A DNA stretch of 64,000 nt from NCBI GenBank assembly GCA_036266055.1, contig DATANW010000222.1, positions 536 to 64,535 of the forward strand, written 5' to 3'. This DNA is from Pyrinomonadaceae bacterium (lineage in GTDB: Bacteria; Acidobacteriota; Blastocatellia; Pyrinomonadales; Pyrinomonadaceae). Every line of letters starts with the position of its first letter. Positions within the stretch are counted from its first letter, which is position 1. The translations under genes and the position numbers were made by a program. The notes under the pieces are model-generated. The model saw only the letters and a program-made list of their open reading frames with translations, did no database searches and was not told the origin of the DNA. Positions 18,431-26,443 of this stretch are shown here, piece by piece.

Positions 18431-18590
18431 CCACGAAAAGGCACAAAACGAGCAAAAAGAGCTTTGAACCTGGTACTTGGTTCTTTGTACTTGGTTCTTT
18501 GTACTTCCTTCTTTGTACCTGGGTTCTTTGTTTTGTGCCTTTTGTGCTTTTTGTGCCTTTTGTGGTTAAGACTTTTTCTGCCTTTTGTGT
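18431..18590. repeat. Composite intergenic repeat: family-A inverted arms flanking four tandem 14-15-nt units
   Basis: Left arm CCACGAAAAGGCACAAAACGAGCAAAAAGAGC (18431-18462). Tandem GTACTTGGTTCTTT units (18473-18529). Right arm TTTTGTGCCTTTTGTGCTTTTTGTGCCTTTTGTGG (18531-18565), plus a further CTGCCTTTTGTGT. Confidence 0.8.
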
Positions 18591-19337
18591 TTAAGAATAA
18601 ATGTTCATTGGCCGCGTGAGTAGCGCCAGCGGATCGTCGACGTTCAAAGCTTCACGAACATAGAAAGGCTCACCGGCGGCGACGCCAATCAACGATCCGA
18701 AGTAACCCATTCGCACTTCAATCTCCCGGAGAAACCCACGCGCGCTGATCCGCGTCGACGGTTCCTTCGACTCCGCGTCATAAAACTGCGATTTGTAAGC
18801 GCGAATCGCACTCATCTTCTCGTCTACAAACCCCGACACATCGACGACAAACGAAGGCACGATGCGACGCGAGAACAGCGAATGCATGATCGCCGGCATC
18901 GGCACCGCCGACAGCCCCGACTCTTCATCGTAACGTCCCATCGTCGCCAACCGTGCCGCCTGTCGCACGATGATCGAAGTGTTTGCGTGATCCGGATGCG
19001 GATCGTCTTCGTGAGTTGTGAGCAGGACCTTTGGTTTGTGAGTTCGCAACAGCCGCACCATCGCGAGGCGCGCGACCTCAGTGGCTTGAACGTGACCGTC
19101 GGGCTGTTCGAGGTTCAATCGCGCGTCGAGCTTCATCAGACGCGCTGCGTCGGCGGCTTCGCGCTCACGAATCTCCGGCGTACCGCGTGTGCCCATTTCG
19201 CCGCGCGTGAGATCGCAGACGCCGGTGCGATACCCGAACGACTTCAGTTTCAAAAGCGTCCCAGCCACCGACAACTCGGCGTCGTCCGGATGCGAGAATA
19301 TTGCCAGCACGTCGAGCGGTGTTTCAGTTGAACTCAT
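18591..19337 (-). CDS. bshB1: Bacillithiol biosynthesis deacetylase BshB1 (PIG-L/LmbE family)
   Basis: LAIFSHPDDAELSVAGT (AHPDD motif) and DLTRGEMGTRGTPEIREREA, the BshB1-type signature. 248 aa. Confidence 0.8.
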   Translation of the reverse strand: MSSTETPLDVLAIFSHPDDAELSVAGTLLKLKSFGYRTGVCDLTRGEMGTRGTPEIREREAADAARLMKLDARLNLEQPDGHVQATEVARLAMVRLLRTHKPKVLLTTHEDDPHPDHANTSIIVRQAARLATMGRYDEESGLSAVPMPAIMHSLFSRRIVPSFVVDVSGFVDEKMSAIRAYKSQFYDAESKEPSTRISARGFLREIEVRMGYFGSLIGVAAGEPFYVREALNVDDPLALLTRPMNIYS

Positions 19338-19392
19338 ATCGCGGCTTTAGATTAACAGATTTGTGTAATCTCTGGCGTACACTCTAAACGCA

Positions 19393-20157
19393 ATGAAACT
19401 GACGGTACTCGGCTCCGGCACTTCCGTTCCGCATCCCGATCGCGCGTCCGCCGCACACTGGCTCGACACCGCGGCGGGTTCCCTGCTGCTCGACGTCAGC
19501 GCAGACGCCGCGCATCGTATGGCCGAGGAACAACTCGACTGGCCCAACCTCGACGCGATCTGGGTCTCGCACTTTCATCTCGATCATCTGGGCGGGCTGC
19601 CGGCCTTTCTGTTTGGCACGCGGAGGGCGCCGCCGACACGCAATCGCGCCAAGCCGCTGCGAATCTTCGGGCCCGCCGGACTGAAGCGAGTGATGCAGGC
19701 AATCAACGACTCGAACCATTACCCGCTCTTCGATCAACCATTCCCGATCGAGCTCGTCGAGGTCGCGCCGTCAAACGACTTCGAAATTCTGCCGGGCGTG
19801 ATCGCCCACACCTTGAAGACGCCACACACGGACGAAAGCCTGGCACTGCGCTTGAACGACGAAAACGCGAAATCGTTTGTCTATACTTCCGACACCGGTT
19901 TTTTAGAGAATCTGGCCTCGTTCGCCAATGAAGTCGACCTGCTGCTGATGGAATGTTCTTTCAGGAGAAACAAACCCGTGCAGAAGCACCTCGAACTGGC
20001 GGACGCTATGAAGCTCGCCGAGATGTGCCGCCCACGGAAAGTCGTGTTGACGCATCTCTATCCCGAGTGGGACGGATTCGACCTCGCTGCGGAAGCGCGA
20101 CGGCTGTGGTCGGGGGAAACAATCGCAGCGTTTGACGGTCTGCAGTTGGAGTTTTAA
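19393..20157 (+). CDS. MBL-fold metallo-hydrolase (RNase Z/PhnP-like)
   Basis: HFHLDHLGG (HxHxDH) motif and N-terminal MKLTVLGSGTSVP. 254 aa. Confidence 0.8.
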   Translation: MKLTVLGSGTSVPHPDRASAAHWLDTAAGSLLLDVSADAAHRMAEEQLDWPNLDAIWVSHFHLDHLGGLPAFLFGTRRAPPTRNRAKPLRIFGPAGLKRVMQAINDSNHYPLFDQPFPIELVEVAPSNDFEILPGVIAHTLKTPHTDESLALRLNDENAKSFVYTSDTGFLENLASFANEVDLLLMECSFRRNKPVQKHLELADAMKLAEMCRPRKVVLTHLYPEWDGFDLAAEARRLWSGETIAAFDGLQLEF

Positions 20158-20167
20158 GGGGGGAGTG

Positions 20168-21055
20168 ATGACAACTTTGCTTTTGATCCTGTTTTTGTTA
20201 TTCCAATTGCCCTCTCATCACAACAATGAATCGTCGTCGTTACTCGAATCCGGCAAAGCCGCGACAATAAAACCCAGGAGCGCCGTGCCCGCTGAGTTCA
20301 AGATCGTGTCGTACAACATCCGGTGGCGCAGCGGCGATGATCTCAAGAAGCTGAACAAACTCCTGCAGGACGATCCGGAGATCGGCAACGCGCAGATACT
20401 CGCGTTGCAGGAAGTCGATCGACGAAAGAAACGCACCGGAAACAGTAACGTCGCGAAAATAATGGCTGACGAGTTGGGCATGCATTACGCCTGGGCCGCG
20501 CCACCACCGCCGAAACCCGATGACGAAGAAGAGACGGGCGTCGCGATCCTGAGCGTTTATCCGCTTTCGAATGTGCAGCGAATCGTGTTGCCGCATGAAG
20601 GTCCGAACAAACGGCGTCGTGCCGCGATCGGCGCCACGTTGGATGTACACGGCCAAAAATGGCGCGTGTATTCGGTCCACGCCGAGACGCGAATCGATTT
20701 CGACAAGAAGCTCGAACAGTTCAAAGCAGTACTGCAGGACCTGGCCCAGTATCCCTCGAACATGCCGGCGATCATAATGGGCGACTTCAATACCTGGGAA
20801 GCAAACGCCGAACGAAAGATCATCAAGTTGTTTACGGAAGCAGGCATGCAGACGCCCTTCGGCTCTCAAACCACGTTCAAACGAAAGATCGTGATCATGC
20901 CGATCGAATTCAGACTTGACTGGGTATGGTTGCGCGGACTGGAACCTGCCAGTTATGGTATTGACCGCAAGGTGGACGTTTCGGATCACTGGCCGCTTTG
21001 GACCAACGTGAAACCGGTGTCGACCGGTGCAAGGGTCTCCCCGACCAGGCAATGA
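20168..21055 (+). CDS. Endonuclease/exonuclease/phosphatase (EEP) family protein, secreted
   Basis: Signal peptide MTTLLLILFLLFQL. Motifs FKIVSYNIRW, LALQEV and SDHWPL are typical of the EEP fold. Start moved to ATG 20168, which follows a GGGGGGAG. Confidence 0.75.
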   Translation: MTTLLLILFLLFQLPSHHNNESSSLLESGKAATIKPRSAVPAEFKIVSYNIRWRSGDDLKKLNKLLQDDPEIGNAQILALQEVDRRKKRTGNSNVAKIMADELGMHYAWAAPPPPKPDDEEETGVAILSVYPLSNVQRIVLPHEGPNKRRRAAIGATLDVHGQKWRVYSVHAETRIDFDKKLEQFKAVLQDLAQYPSNMPAIIMGDFNTWEANAERKIIKLFTEAGMQTPFGSQTTFKRKIVIMPIEFRLDWVWLRGLEPASYGIDRKVDVSDHWPLWTNVKPVSTGARVSPTRQ

Positions 21056-21124
21056 CTGCCGGCGGCGCGGCAATCAAAGCAAACTTAAAATTATCGTGCG
21101 CGCGAATCATGAATCGGAGAGCTC

Positions 21125-21277
21125 ATGATCTGTCCTAATTGCGAGCGGACGGCGAGTTGGAGCAAGCGGCGTTGTCCCGCCTGCCGGACCAAGCTGCCGG
21201 TGTGGTATGTGACCGCGATGGTGGGAATTGCCGCCGCCGTCTACGCTGCTTTCTTGGTTGTCGAAAATATCTTTTAA
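21125..21277 (+). CDS. Small zinc-ribbon membrane protein (50 aa), hypothetical
   Basis: Below the 60-aa track cutoff. MICPNCERTASWSKRRCPACRTKLPVWYVTAMVGIAAAVYAAFLVVENIF has CxxC-N11-CxxC plus one TM helix. GGAG lies upstream. It replaces the track ORF 21139..21330, which reads into the repeat. Confidence 0.4.
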   Translation: MICPNCERTASWSKRRCPACRTKLPVWYVTAMVGIAAAVYAAFLVVENIF

Positions 21278-21278
21278 T

Positions 21279-21400
21279 CACAAAAGGCACAAAAGACACA
21301 AAAGGCACAAAGAAGAATCCGAGACATTGACAGGATTCCTTTTATGCCTTTTGTGCTTTTCGCCTTTTGTGCCTTCTGTGGTTTTTGTGCCTTTTGTGTC
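21279..21400. repeat. Family-A inverted repeat (CACAAAAGGCAC-type arms)
   Basis: Left arm CACAAAAGGCACAAAAGACACAAAAGGCACAAAGAAG (21279-21315). Several GCCTTTTGTG copies in the opposite orientation up to 21400. The outer ~34 nt are imperfectly complementary. Confidence 0.8.
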
Positions 21401-23127
21401 TACTTCACGACGATACTATTCACGCTCAACGCATTCCCTGTCGCTCGTTGTAAATCCGCGATCGCTTTGTTCAGATCAGTCTGCGCTTTCAACTCGAGCC
21501 CGCGCGCCGTCGTCAACTGCGTCTGTCGCTCGAGCACGAGGAACGTCGTCGACTGGCCCGCATCGAGTTTCCTTTGTTCACTCGCAAACTGCTGTTCATT
21601 CGCTTCGCGCGTAGCAACCGCCGCACGCAGTCGCGACTCCGCACTACGCATCGCTTGCAACGCATTACGCACGTCGACCTGGATCGCCTGTTCGAGCTGT
21701 TCGCGTTGCGTGGCGATGCGTTCGCCTTCCACCAGCGAACGTCCTAACTGCGCTTCCGCCGTGCGGTTTCGCAACGGCAAACTGACTGACACTCCGACTC
21801 GGAAGTTGCCGTAACGATTTGCCAAAAGGCTCTGCAGCGACTGCCCGGGTCCGCCAAGCAGATCCGGCGAGAAAGTCTGCGGCGGCACGACCGGCAATGG
21901 ATCGAGACCCGCCAGTGTCGACAGTTCGTCGACGCGTTGTCGCACTTGCAAACTCGACGCGGTGAACGGATTCACTCCCGCCGTGCTGACGGATCCGGCG
22001 AGACCGTTCACGCCGTAAGTGCCGACCAGATCGACCGCGGGTTTCGTCTGGTTTTTGTAGTAACTCTGATCGATCTCGTTGATCTCCTTCACCACGTTGG
22101 ACTGTTGGAGTTCGGGCCGGTTTTGCTTCGCGGTCGCCAACGCATCCGGCAGCGAAATACCCGGGACCTGAAGATCAACCGGGTCGGTCGGCACGATCGC
22201 TTCGTTCCAAATGGGCGACGACTGGTTCTCCGCAATCAAGTGCTTCAACAAGTTTTCCGAGCGCGAGACATCTTCCAAAGCACTGAACACGCCCTGCTCG
22301 TACGTCGAGATCTGCGCTTCGGCGGCAACGACGTCGATCGGCGCGAGCGTTCCTTCCTGGACCAGTCGCTTGTTGTGTGTGAGCTGCGTCTGCGCGACTG
22401 TCACCGCGTCGCGTTGCACTTGCAGGCTGCGCAAGGCGAAGACGAGGTCCCAGTAAGCCCGCTGAACGTTCGTGATCGTGTCGATCGCGCGTTGGCGAAA
22501 CTGAGCGTCTGTCAACGAAAGGTTCTTGCGCGCGATCGCGATCTGCCGGCGAGTGTTGTCGATCTTCAAACCGCGCCAGAGCGGCTGCGTGTAAGTGAAC
22601 GACAACGACGACGGATACTGCGGATTCAGCGCGGTGAACTCGTTGTTCGTCGTGAACCTGCTCGACGAGAAATCGAGTCGATAGCTGCCGCCAAGCACTG
22701 GCGTTTGTCCTTCGAGCCGCACGGTGCCGGCGTAGTCGCTCTGAATCGTCGATCCGTTCTGACCGCCGCTCAAGAAGCTCGAGATCGGATTCTCGAAACG
22801 CTCGTAGAACGTGGTGAAATTCAGCTTGGGATCGTACGCGCCCTGCGAACCGAGCAGATCGAATTCCGCAATGCGCACGTTCTCACGCGCGACCTCGATG
22901 TCCTTGTTGTTCGCCAGCGCCATCGACAACGCTTCGCGCAGTCCCAGCGGGTGCTGGCGATTCATGTCGACGCCGACGCGATTCAGCTCCGGCAGCGGTT
23001 TTTGCGGCGCGCGAAAGTCAGGCGCGACCGGCGGCACCTGTAACTGCTGCATCTGAGGCTGCTCCTGCGCCACCGCCAGACCGGAAACACAGATCAAAAT
23101 CAATAATGTTAGAAATATCTTTCCCAT
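21400..23127 (-). CDS. TolC-family outer membrane efflux protein
   Basis: 575 aa with a signal peptide and a duplicated OEP repeat architecture. Last gene of the RND operon. Confidence 0.85.
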   Translation of the reverse strand: MGKIFLTLLILICVSGLAVAQEQPQMQQLQVPPVAPDFRAPQKPLPELNRVGVDMNRQHPLGLREALSMALANNKDIEVARENVRIAEFDLLGSQGAYDPKLNFTTFYERFENPISSFLSGGQNGSTIQSDYAGTVRLEGQTPVLGGSYRLDFSSSRFTTNNEFTALNPQYPSSLSFTYTQPLWRGLKIDNTRRQIAIARKNLSLTDAQFRQRAIDTITNVQRAYWDLVFALRSLQVQRDAVTVAQTQLTHNKRLVQEGTLAPIDVVAAEAQISTYEQGVFSALEDVSRSENLLKHLIAENQSSPIWNEAIVPTDPVDLQVPGISLPDALATAKQNRPELQQSNVVKEINEIDQSYYKNQTKPAVDLVGTYGVNGLAGSVSTAGVNPFTASSLQVRQRVDELSTLAGLDPLPVVPPQTFSPDLLGGPGQSLQSLLANRYGNFRVGVSVSLPLRNRTAEAQLGRSLVEGERIATQREQLEQAIQVDVRNALQAMRSAESRLRAAVATREANEQQFASEQRKLDAGQSTTFLVLERQTQLTTARGLELKAQTDLNKAIADLQRATGNALSVNSIVVK

Positions 23128-23136
23128 TGCTTTTCC

Positions 23137-26100
23137 TTAATGCTTCGAAATGAGAGAAGCCGCAGTGGTGGCCACTTTGCGTCGCACACGCCCGAACACC
23201 GCGTCGCCCGTTCTCCTGATTCGACCCCAAACATGGCTTCGCGCGAGATCGTCAAACAGCGAATAGAACACCGGCACGGCCAGCAGCGTCAGCAGCAAAC
23301 AGAGCGTCTGACCGCCGACCACCAGCACGCCGATCGAACGGTTCGTGCCCGAACCTGGACCATGCGCGATCGTCAACGGCAACATGCCCGCGACCAGCGC
23401 GATCGTCGTCATCAGAATCGGACGCAGGCGATCGCGATTCGCACGCATGATCGCTTCGAACCGGTCCATGCCGCGCGCGCGCAACTGGTTCGTGTGGTCT
23501 ATCTGAAGAATGGCGTTCTTCTTCACGACGCCGAACAACAGCAACAATCCGAGTCCGGAAAAGATGTTCACTGTCTGCCCGGTCATCAGCAGCGACAGGA
23601 TGCCGAAGGGAATCGCCAGCGGCAGCGTCAACAAAATCGTCACCGGGTGAATGAACGATTCAAACTGCGCCGCCAGCACCATGTACATGAAGACAAACGA
23701 CAGCACGAACGCGAGGAAAAAGTAGTAACCGGCGCGCCCGAGTTCTTTCGAACGGCCCGCCAGTCCCGTGCGGTACGACGGATCGAGCTTAACTTCCTTC
23801 ACAAACTGGTTCATCTTGTCGATCACCGCTGCTTGCGAGCCGCCCGGTCGCACGTTACCGATCAACATCACCTGGCGTTGGCGGTTGAGACGATCGATCG
23901 CCGCTGGTCCAGTGCCTTCTTCGAAGTGGACCAGATTGTCGAGTGTGACCCAACCGATCTTCTTCGACGAAACAATCATCCGCTTCAGACCTTCGATACT
24001 CGCGCGAAACTCGCCGATCGCGCGAACTCGCACGTCGTACTGATCGGTGCCGGCGTTGAATGTCGAGACTTTCTGACCGGCGACCAGCGTGTTAAGCGCC
24101 TGCGCGATGTCGCCAACACTGACGCCCAGGTCCGCCGCCCGCGCGCGATCGATAACAACGCGCACTTCCGGCTTGCCGCTGATCAACGTCGAATCGGCGT
24201 CGACGACGTCGGGAATGGTCTTCATCCGTTCGAGCAATTGGTCTGAATACTTCGTCAGCTTCTCCAGATCCGGTCCGCCGATGACGTACTGAATGTCGGC
24301 GTTGCGGAAACCACCGCCGGAAATCGCCGCCACCTGCTGCACGCTGGTGCGCAGTTGCCCGGGATACTGTTGAATAAACTTCGGCAGCACCTGAGATCGC
24401 GCACGCACCATCAGGTCCTGCTGTGAAACGTTTCTCTCTTCGATCGGCATCAGCTTCACGTAGATCGACGCGTTGTTCACCAGCTCCTGCTGGCCACCGC
24501 CAATCGTCGTCAAGGTGTCGGTCACGCCGGGAAGACTGCGCACGTCGGTTGCGATCCGTTCCGCGAGTGCCGACGTCGCCGCGAGCGTTGAACCCTCCGG
24601 CGCGCGCACGTTGATTTCAAACTGCGCCTGATCGTCAACCGGCAAGAAGTTCTTGCCCACAAACATGAACAACGGAACGATGCTCGCGATCACCACCACA
24701 CACGCAACGACGATGGCCCAACGATGCGTCATGGACCAGCTCAACATCTTCGTGTACGTGCGATCGACCGGACGGTAGAAACGCGACTCCTTCGAACCGT
24801 GATCCGCGGGCTCGGTCGCTCGTTCCAGCGCCCGTTCCTTTTTATCGTCGCTGCGCCGGATCAAACGCGCCGCCAGCATCGGCGTCAGCGTGAACGACAC
24901 CAGCAACGAAACCGCGATGGCGAATGACGACGTCAAACCAAACGACGACATGAACCGGCCGACGATGCCGCCCATGAAACCGACCGGCAGAAACACAGCG
25001 AGCAACGAGAGCGTCGTGGCCATGACGGCCAGTCCGATCTCTTTCGTGCCTTCAATGGCCGCCTGAAACGGCGGCACACCTTTTTCTTCGACGAAACGAA
25101 AGATGTTTTCCAACACCACGATCGCGTCGTCGATCACGATCCCGACCATCAACGTCAGCGCGAGCATCGTGATCTGGTTCAGCGTGAAACCCATCGCCGC
25201 CATCAATCCGAACGTCGCGATCAGCGACGTCGGAATCGCGAGACCGGCGATGATCGTCGAGCGGAAACTCCATAGGAAAATGAACACGACGATGGCCGCG
25301 AGAATGCTGCCCTCGATCAAGTGCGTTTGAATCGCTTCGATTGAGCTCTTGATGAAGATCGACTGGTCGCCGACGACTTCCGTTTTGAAACCCGGCGGCA
25401 ACGTCTTGCCGATCTCCTGCAATTTCGCCTTCACCGCGTCAGCAACGGCGACGGTGTTCTGGCCCGACTGTTTCGAAACGATCAGCGTCACCGCCGGTTG
25501 ACCGTTCAAACGCGCTTCGGTGCGCGGTTCTTCCGCGCCGTCTTCGGCATAACCGACGTCGCTTAGTTTGACTGAGTAGGTTCCCTGGTTCGCGACGATC
25601 AGATTGTTGAACTCGGAAGGTTCGACGATGCGGCCCATCGTGCGCACCGTCAGTTCGCGTACGCCTTCGTCGACACGGCCACCCGGCACTTCCATGTTCT
25701 GGGCGCGAACCGCATCCGCCACCTGCGCTACGGTCACGTTGAACGCCCGCAGTTTGTCAGGATCGACCCAGATCTGAATCTCGCGCCGGCGGCCACCGAT
25801 GATCTGCACGTCGCCGACGCCGTTGATCGATTCAATCTCCTGCTTGATCTTGTTGTCCGCAACATCCGTGACTTCGCGCAGCGAACGTGGCGCAGACACG
25901 GCGATACGCACGACCGGCGCGGCGTCCGTGTCGAGTTTCTGGACGATCGGCTGTTCGGCAGTCAGCGGCAGGTCGTTGAGAATCAGATCGATCTTGTTTC
26001 TGACTTCCTGCGCGGCGATGTCGGGGTTCTTCTCGAGCAGGAACGTGATGAAGACCTGCGACACACCTTCGACGGACGTCGAACGCAACTCGTCGATACC

Positions 26101-26328
26101 GGAAATGGTGTTGACGGCGCCTTCGACTTTGTCCGTGATCTCGGTCTCGATCTCCTGCGGCGACGCGCCGGGGTTCACGACGGTCACAGTGATCGTCGGC
26201 AGATCGATCTTCGGAAAGAGATCAACGCCGAGCGACTTGTAGGAGAACAACCCGACGACGGTGAGACTCAGGATGAGCATCGTCGCAAAAACCGGGCGGC
26301 GAACGCATATCTCAGCTAGTTTTTGCAT
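23137..26328 (-). CDS. RND efflux transporter permease (AcrB/HAE1-like)
   Basis: 1063 aa. N-terminus ICVRRPVFATMLILSLTVVGLFSY and 12-TM AcrB architecture. Confidence 0.95.
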   Translation of the reverse strand: MQKLAEICVRRPVFATMLILSLTVVGLFSYKSLGVDLFPKIDLPTITVTVVNPGASPQEIETEITDKVEGAVNTISGIDELRSTSVEGVSQVFITFLLEKNPDIAAQEVRNKIDLILNDLPLTAEQPIVQKLDTDAAPVVRIAVSAPRSLREVTDVADNKIKQEIESINGVGDVQIIGGRRREIQIWVDPDKLRAFNVTVAQVADAVRAQNMEVPGGRVDEGVRELTVRTMGRIVEPSEFNNLIVANQGTYSVKLSDVGYAEDGAEEPRTEARLNGQPAVTLIVSKQSGQNTVAVADAVKAKLQEIGKTLPPGFKTEVVGDQSIFIKSSIEAIQTHLIEGSILAAIVVFIFLWSFRSTIIAGLAIPTSLIATFGLMAAMGFTLNQITMLALTLMVGIVIDDAIVVLENIFRFVEEKGVPPFQAAIEGTKEIGLAVMATTLSLLAVFLPVGFMGGIVGRFMSSFGLTSSFAIAVSLLVSFTLTPMLAARLIRRSDDKKERALERATEPADHGSKESRFYRPVDRTYTKMLSWSMTHRWAIVVACVVVIASIVPLFMFVGKNFLPVDDQAQFEINVRAPEGSTLAATSALAERIATDVRSLPGVTDTLTTIGGGQQELVNNASIYVKLMPIEERNVSQQDLMVRARSQVLPKFIQQYPGQLRTSVQQVAAISGGGFRNADIQYVIGGPDLEKLTKYSDQLLERMKTIPDVVDADSTLISGKPEVRVVIDRARAADLGVSVGDIAQALNTLVAGQKVSTFNAGTDQYDVRVRAIGEFRASIEGLKRMIVSSKKIGWVTLDNLVHFEEGTGPAAIDRLNRQRQVMLIGNVRPGGSQAAVIDKMNQFVKEVKLDPSYRTGLAGRSKELGRAGYYFFLAFVLSFVFMYMVLAAQFESFIHPVTILLTLPLAIPFGILSLLMTGQTVNIFSGLGLLLLFGVVKKNAILQIDHTNQLRARGMDRFEAIMRANRDRLRPILMTTIALVAGMLPLTIAHGPGSGTNRSIGVLVVGGQTLCLLLTLLAVPVFYSLFDDLARSHVWGRIRRTGDAVFGRVRRKVATTAASLISKH

Positions 26329-26443
26329 TGTCTTGGTACTTCGTTCTTAGAGCTTTGTTCTTTGTACTTAGTACTTTGTTCTTTGTGCCTTTTGTGGGCT
26401 TCGTTTGTGCCTTTTGTGTTCACTGCTTTTGTGTTCACTGCTT
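26329..26443. repeat. Family-A direct-repeat array inside the efflux operon
   Basis: GTACTT/GTTCTTT units followed by GTGCCTTTTGTG x2 and GTGTTCACTGCTTT x2, all in one orientation. The last copy overlaps the MFP stop codon. Confidence 0.75.

Noticed and set aside
18473-18529. A tandem 14-15-nt repeat array considered as a possible CRISPR array.
   Set aside because: - The units are directly abutting with no unique spacers.
- The units are far shorter than CRISPR repeats.
- No cas genes are in the window.
21139-21814. Track ORFs that run through family-A repeats: 21139..21330, 21228..21614, 21344..21814, 26323..26517, 26328..27125, 38631..38879, 38907..39323. They give KGTKDTKGTK, FVPFVF, CAFCGFC or LCLLCLLCLLW peptides.
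   Set aside because: - The peptide repeats simply mirror the DNA repeat units.
- The ORFs otherwise overlap real genes on the other strand.
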